Shown here piece after piece: positions 11,868 to 24,737 of a stretch of 64,000 nt of DNA. Each line of letters opens with the position of its first letter. Position 1 is the first letter of the stretch. Origin of the DNA: Octopus sinensis (taxonomy: Eukaryota); the NCBI RefSeq assembly GCF_006345805.1, contig NC_043020.1, positions 15,872,001 to 15,936,000 of the forward strand, read 5' to 3'. The notes beneath the pieces were generated by a model that saw nothing but the letters and a program-made list of their open reading frames with translations, made no database searches and was not told the origin of the DNA. The position numbers were made by a program, and so were the translations under genes.

Positions 11868-12185
11868 GTGAAGGTGCATGACTTAGTGGTTAGGGCATTC
11901 GGCTCATGATCGTAAGGTAGTGAGTTCAATTCCTGGTGACGCATTTTATCCTTGAGCAAGACACTTTATTTTTCCTGATGCTGCAGCTCAATCAGCTGGC
12001 AAAAATGAGTAGTACCTGTATTTCAAAGGGCCAGCCTTGTCACACGCTTTGTCACACTGAATCTCCCTGAGAACTACACTGAGAGTATGCGTGTCTGTGG
12101 AGTACTCAGCCGCATGCGTGTTAATTTCACGAGCAGGCTGTTCTGTTCGACTGGAGCATGCATCATCATAATCAACAAAGTGCCA
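11868..12185 (+). mobile_element. Chimeric SINE: family C-type head and core with a family E-type tail
   Basis: ccttgagcaagacactttatt core as in C; gtacctgtatttcaaagggccagccttgtcac...gagaactac...gttaatttcacgagcaggctgtt as in E. Confidence 0.7.
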
Positions 12186-12634
12186 GTATGTATGTGTGCG
12201 TGTGTGTGTGCATGTGTGTGTGTGTGTGTGTGTGTGTGAATGTGTGTGTGTGTGCAAGTGTGTGTGTGAATGTGTGTGTGTGTGTGTGTGTGCATGTGTA
12301 TATGTGTGCAAGTGTGTGTGTGAATGTGTGTGTGTGCATGTTTATGTGTGTGCATGTGTATGCGCATGTGTGTGTGTGCATGTGTGTGTGCATGTGTATG
12401 TGTGTGCATGTGTATGTGTGTGCATGTGTATGTGTGCGTTGTTGTTAAGCAACAAGACGGGTAAGGGTGATTAGGTGATGGTCTAGGGCTTAAGGGCGGG
12501 AGACCCCAGGCCTTGGGAAAAAAAATTTTAAAAACTTTGGTCGACTTGTTGTAGTCGAGGGCTCTTTGTTGATGCCCAACACCACAGGGAAGTGGCCCTC
12601 AAAGTCGCTGGAAATAAAGATCTCCAGGTCCAAA

Positions 12635-13686
12635 TTAGTGAGTGAGTGAGTGAGGAGTGAGTGAGTGAGGAGTGAGTGAGTGAGTGAGTGAGTGAGTGAG
12701 GGAGGAGTGAGTGAAGAGTGAGTGAGGAGTGAGTGAGTGAGGAGTGAGTGAGTGAGTGAGTGAGTGAGTGAGTGAGTGATGAGTGAGTGAGTGAGTGAGT
12801 GAGAGTGAGTGAGGAGTGAGTGAGTAGTGAGTGAGTGAGTGAGTGAGGTGAGTGAGTGAGTGAGTGTGAGTGAGGAGTGAGTGAGTGAGTGAGTGAGTAG
12901 TGAGTAGTGAGTGAGGAGGAGTGAGGAGGAGTGAGGGAGGAGTGAGGGAGGAGTGAGGGAGGAGTGAGTGAGTGAGTGAGTGAGTGAGTGAGTGAGTGAT
13001 GAGTGAGGGAGGAGTGAGTGAGAGTGAGTGAGGAGTGAGTGAGTAGTGAGTGAGTGAGTGAGTGAGGTGAGTGAGTGAGGAGTGAGTGAGTGAGGAGTGA
13101 GTGAGTGAGTGAGTGAGTAGTGAGTAGTGAGTGAGGAGGAGTGAGGAGGAGTGAGGGAGGAGTGAGGGAGGAGTGAGGGAGGAGTGAGTGAGTGAGTGAG
13201 TGAGTGAGTGAGTGAGTGAGTGTAGTGAGTGAGTGAGTGAGTAGTGAGTGAGTGAGTGAGGGTGAGTGAGGAGTGAGTGAGTGAGAGTGAGTGAGTGAGT
13301 GAGTGAGTGAGTGAGGAGTGAGTGAGTGAGGAGTGAGTGAGTGAGGAGTGAGTGAGGAGTGAGTGAGGAGTGAGTGAGGAGTGAGTGAGGAGTGAGTGAG
13401 GAGTGAGGGAGGAGTGAGTGAGGAAGTGAGTGAGTGAGGAGTGAGGAGTGAGTGAGGAGTGAGTGAGTGAGTGAGTGAGTGAGTGAGTGTAGTGAGTGAG
13501 TGAGTGAGTGAGTGAGTGAGTGAGTGAGTAATGAGTGAGTAGTGAGTGAGGAGTGAGTGAGGAGTGAGTGAGGAGTGAGTGAGGAGTGAGTGAGGAGTGA
13601 GTGGAGTGAGTGAGTGAGAGAGTGAGTGAGTGAGTGAGTGAGTGGTGAGTGAGTGAGTGTGAGAGTGAGAGAGAGAGAGAGAGAGA
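12635..13686. repeat. ~1-kb (GAGT)n satellite with GAG/GAGG interruptions
   Basis: Read directly. Confidence 0.95.
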
Positions 13687-14299
13687 GCTAGCAGGTTGTT
13701 AGAGCTTTGAAATAAATGTCCTGCAATGTCTCAGCCTGGAGCTTTTTTATACTTTGAATTCAAAATCCTGCGGAGATAAAACTTTGTTTTTCATCCATCC
13801 CCACTCCACCCTCATCTCCAAGATCAATAAAGTAAAGTACTAGTCAATTACTAGGGACAGTGGTACCGACTAACACCGCCTCTAAAAAAAACAACTGCTG
13901 GTCTTCGGCCAAAATGAGAAACCCACCACATATACCACTATTACTACTACTACCACCACGTACACTACTACTACCACCACGTACACTACAACTACTACTA
14001 CTACTACTACTATTACTGCTACTATTACTGCTGGTACTACTATCACCAATACTACTGTGTTACAACAACTACTACTACTGCCACCATCACTACTATTACT
14101 GTTACTATTACTACTACTACTGCTACTACTACTACCACCACAACTATTACCACCACTAATACAATCAGACAAAGTGCTACTTGATGCAGACAAGAACAAA
14201 TCTCAACCCAGACAATTGCTACACCCACTTTTTATTGACACAATCACACACACACACACACACACACACAATCTCACACATACAGTCTCACATACACAG

Positions 14300-14344
<45 letters not shown>

Positions 14345-16319
14345 CTCTTCCTCTCTCACAGACAGAGAAAAGTGTGAGTGGTAGAGTGGTGTGTGGAGGG
14401 GAGATAAGATGATGATGATGATGAGGAGGAGGAGGAGGAGGGGTGGGCAGGGCACATCCTAAAGGTAACATATGAGAGACAGGGGGGGTGATGATGGTAA
14501 GTAAAGGTTGCCAGAGGGCCATAGGATCCTATTCAAGCATCTGGGGGTGGGGGTCACGATTAAGGGACAAAACACAAATCTTGACCACCCCCACTACCAC
14601 TGGACAATTGTTACTTCCACTGCTATTCACACACACACACACACACACACACAGGAAAGAGAATTGTTAGTGGTGGTGGTGGTGGTGGTAGTGGTGGTGA
14701 TAGTGATTGTGGTGAAGGTAATGGTTGTGTTGGTTCTAACGGTAGCGATGGTGGTGTTGGTGCTATTGGTTGTGGTGGTAGTTTTAGCGGTAGCGGTAGT
14801 GATTGTGGTGATGGTAGTGGTGGTGGTGGTTGTGGTGATAGTACTGATGGTGGTGGTGTTGTTGGAGAATTGTTAGTGGTGGTGGTAGTGGTGGTGATAG
14901 TGATTGTGGTGAAGGTAATGGTCGTGTTGGTTCTAATGGCAGTGATGGTGGTGGTGGTAGTTTTAGTGGTAGCGGTAGTGATTGTGGTGATGGTAGTGGT
15001 GGTGGTGGCTGTGGTGATGGTAGTGGTGGTTGTGGTGATAGTACAGATGGCGGTGGTGTTGTTGAGGCAATTTATATATATTGGTATGAAGCGCTGTGGA
15101 TATTGATATTGTGAAATGTGGAAACAAGATGCAAAGCAACACCAAGCACAACAACAACATTTACCACAAGTGTCTACAATAACAAGAACAACAACATCAG
15201 CTTATCACAGGAACAATCACAGCCACCACATCAACAACAAGAACAGCAATCGCAACAGCAGAACAACAGCAGAGCCACTACAACACTAACAACAACAACA
15301 GCAGCAATGATCACAGCAATAATTATGTGAAAGGGAAAACACAAATCAAGGCAAAAATGTAAAAAAAAAAATTTAAAAAAAACGAGAAAAAAAATGAATT
15401 TGAAGATGGTTGTGGTGGTGGTGATGATGATGGTTGTGGTGATAGTGATGGTGATGATGGTGGAGGTGGTGATGGTGGTGGTGATGATGGTGGTGGTGGT
15501 AGTGGTGGTGGTGGTGGTGGTAGTGGTGGTGGGTGGAGGTGGTGATGGTGGAGGTGGTGATGGTGGTGGTGGAGGTGGTGATGATGGTGGAGGTGGTGAT
15601 GGTGGTGGAGGTGGTGATGGTTGTGGTGGAGGTGGTGATGTGGTGGTGGTGGTAGTGGTGGTAGTGGAGGTGGTGATGATGGTGATGGTGGTGGAGGTTG
15701 TGGCGGTGGTGATGATGGTGGAGGTGGTGATGGTGGTGGAGGTGGTGATGGCGGTGGTGGTGGTGGAGGAGGTGGTGATGGTGGTGGAGGTGGTGTGGTG
15801 GTGGAGGTGGTGATTGTGGTGATGGTGGTGGAGGTGATGATTGTGGTGGTGATGGTGGTGGAGGTGGTGATGATGGCAGTGGTGGTTGTGGCGATAATGG
15901 TGGAGGCGGTGGTGGTGATGTTTACAATGATGGTTCTAGTGATGTTGTAGTGGTGAATGGTGGTAGTGGTGTTTCTGGAGAGAAGAACAAGAGGGTAGAA
16001 ATGTTTTACAGTGATGAAGAAAAAAAAAGTTGCATTTGATGATTTGCTTGTGGCACAAATCAAAGCAGCACCCAATACATATCATGATGCAGTTAGCATT
16101 GGAAAAGGCCATCCAACTGTGGAAGCCATAACAAAGATGACACAGGAACTCAATGCAGTCCTGTTTTTATTTTAAGTGACAGCTCAACCATCCCTGACTG
16201 AGCAGACTGTAGGCTGAGATTTGAGAGAGATTTGGTTGCTAACAGGTTGAGTGACTACCTAGATTACAAGCAGTGGTGGAGGACAAACAGACACACATAC
16301 ACACAAATATATATATATA

Positions 16320-16526
16320 CAGTGTGATTGAAAAGTAGGGTTACAGTTATCACGTAGGCACTTTAAATTTCTTTTAAAATATTTTATTACTTTTAAATTT
16401 CTATCTTACAATTAATTGAATTAGCATAGAATAATGGTTTCATATATTTTCCTAATTAAGATCTAAACTGCTAATATATGAATGCAAAAGAGATAGTTAG
16501 ATAATTATAAACCTACTTGGGCCATC

Positions 16527-16530
<4 letters not shown>
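16320..16530. mobile_element. Decayed Tc1/mariner-type MITE
   Basis: Imperfect TIRs cagtgtgattgaaaagtagggttacagtt / ataattataaacctacttgggccatcctg, flanked by TA. Confidence 0.5.
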
Positions 16531-16569
<39 letters not shown>

Positions 16570-17506
16570 GGGTGACACAAACCCTACTTGTGAAGACCTG
16601 TTGAGGCAAGTGAAAATCAAAAATCAAAATCAAAATCGTTCAACATCAATGGAAATTGTAGCTGTGATACCAGTGCCGGTGGCACATAAGAGAACCATCT
16701 GTATGCGGCCGTTGCCAGCACCGCCCCGACTGGCCTCCGTGCCGGTGGAACGTAAAAAGCACCATCTGATTGTGGCCGTTGCCAGCCTCGTTTGGCCCCC
16801 GTGCCGGTAGCACGTAAAAGGCACCATCCGATCGTGGCCGTTTGCCAGCCTTGTCTGGCACCTGTGCAAGTGGCACGTAAAAAGCACCCACTACACTCAT
16901 GGAGTGGTCGGCGTTAGGAAGGGCATCCAGCTGTAGAAACACTGCCAGATCAGACTGGAGCCTGGTGTAGCCGCCTGGCTTCCCAGACCCCGGTCGAACC
17001 GTCCAACCCATGCTAGCATGGAAAACGGACGTTGAACAATGATGATGGGCTCTGTTCAGTTTCCATCTACCAAATCCACCCACATGGCTTAGGATGGTGC
17101 AAGGCTGTAGTAGAAGACACTTGCCTTTGATGCCACGCAGTTGGACTGAACTCAGAGCCATGTGGTTGGGAAGCAAGCTTCTTACCACACAGCTATGCCT
17201 GTGTATAACAATAATAAAAAAAACATTTAGTGATGATGCAGAATCAGTAAATTCATCATAGTGTTTCTTTTATCCACCTTGGTTTAAGTCCACTGCTTTC
17301 ATAGAAAAGAGACTGGACTGGTCATTTGGCTCAGTTTCTACAGCTAATTAATAACAGGTAAAACATCGAGCCACAGAAGCCATAGAAACTGAACCAAATG
17401 ACATGCACAAACTCCAGTCTATGAGAGCAGTAGCAAAAAGACAATAAACAAAATAAATAAAACTAAGATCAGCCACAAAAAAATTTTATAAACGTTTGCA
17501 ACCTAC

Positions 17507-17570
17507 GTGGAAGTGGATGTTGTCTTTAAAGAGCTAATGGTGAAAGGAACATATTTCAGTTTTATTGGAT
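17507..17570 (-). CDS. Candidate exon of M1 (DPIKLKYVPFTISSLKTTSTST)
   Basis: Acceptor ttttctatattgtgaag|, donor |gtaggt, phase 1-2. An alternative internal acceptor would give a 27-nt exon. Confidence 0.5.
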
Positions 17571-17690
17571 CTTCACAATATAGAAAAGGGTTTTATATAT
17601 ATATATACATATGTGTGTGTGTGTGTACATATACCACTACCACCACCAAAACTAACAGTTCTCTCTCCTGGAAATAATAGTGTGTGTGTG

Positions 17691-17731
<41 letters not shown>

Positions 17732-17903
17732 TATATGTATATATACATTTATATACATACATATACATACAGATGTATATGTATATATACACACACATAC
17801 ATATATACATACACATACATACATAAACATGCATACACATACATATATATACATATATATATGTATATATATATATATATATATATAGATATATATATAT
17901 ATA

Positions 17904-17935
<32 letters not shown>

Positions 17936-18171
17936 CACATACATAAACATACAAATACATACATATATATATATCATACACACACACGCACACATACATA
18001 TATATATACAGGTGTCGAAACCATTGTGATATCCATGGGGTAGTTGATGATGGAGGTATGTTGAATTGTTGGTATGGCTGTTTTTGAATGTGTGGAATAG
18101 CAAGCAAGCATTATACACATCCTTTTGATATATATATATATACATGCATACATACATATATCTGTGTGGGC

Positions 18172-18202
<31 letters not shown>

Positions 18203-18572
18203 ATATATATATATATATATGCACACACACATATCTTTTATGTTTCTTTCAGTCACTGAGAGCAGTGGCGCCTAATAAGAAATGATTCAGACCATAATCA
18301 CCCACCTAACCCATGCCAGCACAGAAAGCAGACATATAAAACAAGGATAAAGACGAAGCTGATGAAAATGACGATGATGATGATGATGATGATGAAGATG
18401 ATGATGTGCCAACTCAATGGATAAAAACATAATGACGAATTTACTGATGGTTGTGTTTGGCATGGCAATGAATTTCTTTCCCAATGATATATTGGCCTGT
18501 AGTGAAATTACCAGATGATGAAATTACAAGCTTATGCATTTACCGTGATGTAATTACCTGCAATGAATTTAC

Positions 18573-18625
18573 CAGACACCAAACATTGAATAGCTTCTAA
18601 TTGGTAAAGATACTTAGGGACTGAG
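18573..18625 (-). CDS. Candidate exon of M1 (SVPKYLYQLEAIQCLVS)
   Basis: Acceptor aactttatcatag|, donor |gtaaat, phase 2-1; in-frame stop immediately upstream of the acceptor. Confidence 0.48.
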
Positions 18626-19387
18626 CTATGATAAAGTTACGCAACTAGATTGGTCACAGTGGCCGTTCAAAGGTGAGGAAATGGAAGAGTCATTCAAGTG
18701 TGAAATAAAATTGGAGATAATGAATTGAGGATGGTGATAGTGGTGATGAGTATATGGTGGTGTAGTGGATGGTTACTGTTGCCATGGTTGCTATTCATTG
18801 AGGATGCTGATGCCAAAGATGATGATGATGATGATGATGATGAGAATGGACATTGTGGTTTTTATGGTTACAATGGGGTTGATGATAATAGCATCATAAT
18901 ACTCTCTCTTTTACTCATTTCAGTCATTTGACTGTGGCCGTGCTGGAGCACCGCCTTTTAGTGAAGTAAATCGACCCCCAGGACTTATTCTTTGGAAGCC
19001 AAGTACTTATTCTATCGGTCTCGTTTGCCGAACCACTAAGTTAAGGGAACATAAACACACCACCATCAATTGTCAAGCGATGTTGGGTGGGACAAACAGA
19101 GACCCCACACAAACATATATACATACATACATACAGATATATATATATATAATATATATATATAATATATATATATATATATGTTTGTGTTTTTTTGTAT
19201 GTTGCCCCACTGTCACTTGACAACCGATGTTGGTGCAGTTATGTCCCTGTACCGTAGCGGTTTGGCAAAAGACACTGATACAATAGTACTTCTAGGTTTA
19301 CAAAGAATAAGTTCTCAGGTTGATATGTTTGACTAAACGTGGTGCTCCAGTATGGTCGCGGTACAAATGACAGAAACAAGTAATAGA

Positions 19388-19428
<41 letters not shown>

Positions 19429-19517
19429 TATATATAAATCAAAACAGGAGCTTGGAAAAAGAAGTTTGATATTAATTACTCATCATTACACATGTTTCAT
19501 TTCCTAACAAGCATTAC

Positions 19518-19590
19518 AAAATTGTACATGTTGGATAAACACGTAAGATATCTCCTATTAGAAATTCTTCAGATAGAGAATCAAATAATA
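19518..19590 (-). CDS. Candidate exon of M1 (LFDSLSEEFLIGDILRVYPTCTIF)
   Basis: Acceptor gttattag|, donor |gtaatg, phase 1-2; bridges the exons at 20218 and 18625 in frame. Confidence 0.52.
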
Positions 19591-19599
19591 CTAATAACA

Positions 19600-19644
<45 letters not shown>

Positions 19645-19654
19645 ATAGTTAATC

Positions 19655-19845
19655 GAAACATGAAAACACAACAACGCGGGGACGTAGAACAAATATAGTA
19701 TCATTGGACGCTCAGGAAGGAAGAGAAGAAGGAGGATTTAACGTTCCGAGCGGAGCTCTTCATCAGAAACATAGGAAAAGGAAAGATCCAGAGAAGGGGT
19801 GACGGTGGAAAAAAAATCGCCAACGGTACACACGCGGTCATATAT
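19655..19845 (-). mobile_element. Penelope-like fragment with hammerhead at 19736-19770; sister copy 42165-42385 with hammerhead at 42271-42305
   Basis: gttt CTGATGA aGAGCtccGCTC GAAA CG TT aaat at 42 kb; the 19.7-kb copy has GGAA instead of GAAA. Confidence 0.75.
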
Positions 19846-20217
19846 AATAAATATATAATAAAAATAATAATGATAATTATTTCAAGTTTTTTCCACAAGG
19901 GCAGCTTGGGGGAGGTGGGGAGGAGTTGATTACATCAACCCTAGTGTTTAACTGGGATTTATTTTATTGACCCCAAAAGGATGGAAGGCAAAGTCAACCT
20001 TGGCGGAATTTGAACTCAGAACACAATGACGGGCAAAATACTGCTGAGCATTTCGTCCAGCGTGCTAACAATTCTGCCAACTCACTGCCTTTACTAATAA
20101 CAATAATAATAATAATAATAATAACAACAACATATATGTTCAGTGTTGGTTAATGGAAGAGATATGGGAGGTGTGAAGTAGGTGACAGAGAAGTTATTTG
20201 ACCCCTGTTGCAATTAC

Positions 20218-20298
20218 AAACAGGTTCAGTATGGCTTCCTCCAGTCATGTCCAGCAGACATTGGAGAGTTAATAAACAGAAATTGACTTTAGATGAAG
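20218..20298 (-). CDS. Candidate exon of M1 (SSKVNFCLLTLQCLLDMTGGSHTEPV)
   Basis: T-rich tract plus gattcatag| acceptor, donor |gtaatt, phase 1-1. Confidence 0.5.
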
Positions 20299-20338
20299 CT
20301 ATGAATCATATTAACATAGAACAATACAAAAACAGTAC

Positions 20339-20394
<56 letters not shown>

Positions 20395-21043
20395 TATGCA
20401 AACATGTACATGAATATGCATATACATACATATACATAAATACATAAATCCAGATACGCAGATGAACATATATACACACCACACATTCATAAATGCACAT
20501 ACATATTGATATATTCACTGAGACAACATATCATACTTGTGTGTATGTGTGTATATATGTATGTACATGTGTGTATACTGATTGTGTTTCTGTGTGTGTG
20601 TGTGTGTCTCTACCAACTTTGTGAAATAGATATTGAATATGTTATAGAGAGAGATATATAAATTCATATGAGTGAACAACAACAACAATAACAACAACAG
20701 TAACCAATAGTAACGACAATAGCAAAACAAATAAAAGAAAAACAAAACAACAAAAGCAAGTATAATGAAAGTTCTTCTTGTAGAGTTTTTGTAGTTGTTG
20801 TTGCTGTGGTAGTTGTCATAGTAGTAGTGCTGTAGCAATTCTTGGAGTAGTTGGGGTGGTGGTGGTGATGGTAGTAGTAGTAATGGTACTGATAGTGGCA
20901 GTAGTAGGTGGTCACGGTGGTGTTAGTATTAGTAGTAGTAGTAGCAGCTATAGTAGGTGGTGTTGGTAGTGATAGTAATATGTAGTAGTAGTAGCAGCAG
21001 CAGCAGTAGCAGTAGTAGCAGTCGTAGTAGTAGTAGTAGTAGT

Positions 21044-21078
<35 letters not shown>

Positions 21079-21087
21079 TAGTAGTAG

Positions 21088-21456
21088 TGTGGAAGCACAA
21101 TGGCCCAGTGGTTAGGGCAGTGGACTCGTGGTCATAGGACCGCAGTTTCAATTGCTAGACCGGGCGTCGTGAGTGTTTATGGAGTGAAAACACCTAAGGT
21201 CCCACGAGGCTCCGGCAGGGAGTGGTGGCGAACCCTACTGTATTCTTTCAACACAACTTTCTCTCTTCCTGTTGTACCTGAATTTCAAAGGGGTCAGCCT
21301 TGTCACCCTCTGCGTCACGCTGAACCTCCCCGAGAACTACATTAAGCGAACACATGTCTGTGGAGTGCTCAGCCACTTGCATGTTAATTTCAAGAGCAGG
21401 CTTTTCCATTGACCAGATCAACTGGAACCCTCGTCATCGTAACCAACAGAGTGCCA
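21088..21456 (+). mobile_element. tRNA-headed SINE family E, inserted in a (GTA/GGT)n tract
   Basis: Head tggcccagtggttagggcag; homologous to 36468-36854. Confidence 0.85.
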
Positions 21457-22475
21457 TGAGTAGTAGTAGTGTTGGTGGTAGTAGTAGTGATGGTGGTAGT
21501 TGTAGTAGTAGTAGTAGTGTTGGTGGTGACAGTAGTAGTAGTAGTGGTGTTGATGGTGGTTGTAAGAGTAGTGGTAACAGTGTTGGTGGTGACAGTGGCG
21601 GTGGTAGTAGTAGTGTTCATAATAGTAGTAATAGTAGTTGTAGTAGTAGTAGTGTTCATTATAATAGTAGTAGTAGTGTTCATAGTAGTAGTAGTAGCAG
21701 CATCAGCAATTGTTGTTATTGCTGACATAAGGCGATTCCTTCAAAAAACAATTAGGGGTCAAAGTATTAACATTACTACATCATTCAAGGAACCCTACAA
21801 TTGGGCTTGTTCATTTTACACACACACACATGCACACATACACACACACTCATAAAAACACACAGCATCACCATACCATTTTTATGGCTCAGTGGTTAGA
21901 ATGCCAGGCTGACAATCATGAAGTAGTGAGTTCAAATTCCCAGACCGAGCTGTGTTGTGTTCTTGAGCAAGACCCTTTATTTCATGTTGCTCCAGTTTCA
22001 CTCAGCTGTAGAAATGAGTTGGGACGTCACTGATGCCAAGCTGTATTGGCCCCTTTGCCTTTCCCTTGGATAACATCAGGGGTGTTGATAGGAAAGGCTG
22101 GAATGCATGGGTAACTGCTGGTCTTCCATAAACAACCTTGCCCAAACTCATGCCTCTGAGGGTAACAATCCCATGGTTATTCACAACTGAAGGGGTCTTT
22201 ACACTATAACTCTTATCACTTATTTTGTACTCATTTCAGTCACTGGGCTGTGATCATGCTGGGGCAATGCCTTGAAGGGTTTAGTTGAACAAATGGACCC
22301 CAGAATTTGTCTTTTTTTTTTTTTTTGAACTTCATACTACTTGGTACTTAGTCTCTCACCCTTTTTTTTTGCTGAATTGCCAAGCTATGGGGGCATAAAC
22401 AGACCAACACTGGTTGTCAAGCAGTGATGAGGGACAAACACAAACATATATGTGTGTGCGTGTATATATATATAT

Positions 22476-22508
<33 letters not shown>

Positions 22509-22686
22509 GAGAGAGAAATATGACAGGCTTCTTTCGGTTTCTGTCTACCAAATCCACTCACAAGGCTCTAGTAGAAGACTCTTGCCCAAGGTCCCACATA
22601 GTGGGACTGAACCTAGAACTATGTAGTTGGGAAGTAACTACACTATACACATTCATAAACCACACACAAACATGATTTTTACACAA

Positions 22687-22733
<47 letters not shown>

Positions 22734-22918
22734 CAAATATGCAATCACGTAAACCATCTATACACATTATGCACTCACACATATACACATACATAGACAC
22801 ACAGCTTCAATAATCAATCAATCATGATAAAAACTATCTTAAAAGCTATCAAATTGTTTCCAAAGCAAAAGTCAAAGAACTTCCGTTGAGTTAAATTGGG
22901 CAAGCCATGTATTTTTAC

Positions 22919-23019
22919 CGGCTGCAGAATAAATCAAAATCATCTTTATCTCTTGTCTATACTAATGCCATCTACTTGGTGCAGCTTCACCAAGCCAATG
23001 AAGAAGCTTCCTCAGTTTG
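22919..23019 (-). CDS. Candidate exon of M1 with in-frame TAG (KLRKLLHWLGEAAPSRWH*YRQEIKMILIYSAA)
   Basis: Acceptor tattatttttag|, donor CCG|gtaaaa, phase 2-1 compatible with the exon at 20298; a single TAG at 22962-22964. Confidence 0.5.
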
Positions 23020-23065
23020 CTAAAAATAATAGTCAAACCTCCCTCAGATCATATATTGTTTTTAA

Positions 23066-24180
23066 CCCTTTAGTATTCAGATTATTCTCAACGTTATCAT
23101 TTAACATCCGTTGTCCATGTTGGTATGGGTTGGATGGTTTGACTGAGGCTGGTAAGCTGGAAGGCTGCACCAGACTCCAGTCTGATTTGGCATGGTTTCT
23201 ATGGCTCTGAGAGTGTAATGGATACTTTTACATGTCACCGGCATGGGTGCCATTTGTGTGATACCAGTATCTGTCATGAGTGCAATTGTGCTCAGCTTGA
23301 TGGATTTGCTCTATCAAATATAACAAAGGGTAAAGGGTAAAGACCCCCTTCGGTCATGACTGACCATGGGATTGCACCTAGAAAGTTACCCTCCTAGACA
23401 CAAGTCCGGGCAAGGTTGTTTATGGAAGACCAGCAGTCGCCCATGCATACCAGCCTCCCCTCTCCATGCCACCAGTGTTATCCAAGGGAAAGGCAAAAGC
23501 CGATACAGCTTGGCACCAGTGACGTCGCAACTCATTTCTACAGCTGAGTGAACTGCAGCAATGTAAAATAAAGTGCCTTGCTCAAGAACACAACACGCAG
23601 CCCGGTCCGGGATTCGAGCTCACAACCTCACGATCATAAGCTCGACGCTCTAACCACTGGCCATGCGCCTTCATATGGTCATTCAAATATAACAATGCTT
23701 GCATAATCACATCATTTAAAATGAATCATACATTATTCTGTAACTTTGAAATTTCAATACAGTGCTTATTTCTAAAATGACATAGCAGAGTAGGTATGAG
23801 AAGCCAGATCTGACCAGTTTGAAGATAAAACATGTAGAATTTTTGGTCAGATAAAAGACCCCTTTGGTAATGAATGACCATGGGATTGCACCTAGAAAGT
23901 TACCTTCTGAGGCACAAGTCCAAGCAAGGTTGTTTATGGAAAACCAACAGTCACCCATGCATACCAGCCTCCCCTCTCCATGCCACTGATGTTGTCCAAG
24001 GAAAAGGCAAAGGCTGATGCAATTTGGCACTAGTGACGTGGCAACTCATTTTTACAACTGAGTGAAACTGGAGTATTGTGAAATGCTCAAGAACACAACA
24101 CACAGCCTGGTCTATGAATTGAACTCATTACTCTATGATTGTGAACCCAACACTCTATGGTCAATTTAAATGCTAAAGCG
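23066..24180. mobile_element. piggyBac-type MITE (family G) split by three nested insertions; other copies ~28990-29195 and 49844-50307
   Basis: TTAA|ccctttagtattcag...aatgctaaagcg|TTGA ends; the internal segment at 23690-23850 matches the other copies in reverse. Confidence 0.7.
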
Positions 24181-24184
24181 TTGA

Positions 24185-24737
24185 CCCTTTCATGTCCTGA
24201 TTTCTGATTCTGTTTCAATTAATTTTGAAAATAATGAAAAAACTAGTAAATTAATTTTGTCTGTAAATACCAGGCTTAAATTAAAAGTACTAGGGTTGAT
24301 TCATTCAGCTAAAATTCTACCAGGTTGTGCCCCAGCATGGGCACAATCTAAGTTACTGAAACAGGTAAAGTATAAAAGATATTAATCTGATATTCACTCA
24401 GCTGTAGAAAAAAGTTGCAACGTCACTGGTGCCAAGCTGTATTGGCCCCTTTGCTTTTCCCTTGGATAACATTGGTGGCATGGAGAGGAGAGGCTGGTAT
24501 GCATGGACAACTGCAGGTCCTCCATAAACAACCTTGCCTGGACTTGTGTCTTGGAAGGTAACCTTTTAGGTCCAATCCTATGGTCTTTCATGACCCAAAG
24601 GGGTCTTTACCATACTCTGATATTTGGTACTTCAACTAAGATGAAATTTTGATGGGATGCTTTAATTAAGGTCCCTTAAAGACAAGAAGTTTCTATCATA
24701 GAACCAGAGACAGTTTCGAGAAGGTTAATATAAAAAG
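24185..24737. mobile_element. piggyBac-type MITE (family F) with nested SINE pieces
   Basis: Starts TTGA|cccttt; internal gtttcaattaattttgaaaataatgaa and atcatagaaccag match 52667-54117 in reverse. Confidence 0.62.

Noticed and set aside
12635-13686. Telomeric or interstitial telomeric repeat
   Set aside because: The unit is GAGT, not TTAGGG or TTAGG.
18618-20280. Alternative plus-strand exon chain (GLSYDKVTQLDWSQWPFK|gtgagg; 19512-19541|gtaaga; 20223-)
   Set aside because: It can be built, but it dead-ends in stops or weak donors, and the flanks are T-rich on the minus strand. Kept as a caution on the 17-23 kb calls.
339-23019. Assigning the M1 protein to a known family (faint MEI1 or DH-domain resemblance)
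   Set aside because: The similarity is a few residues recalled from memory and is not supportable.
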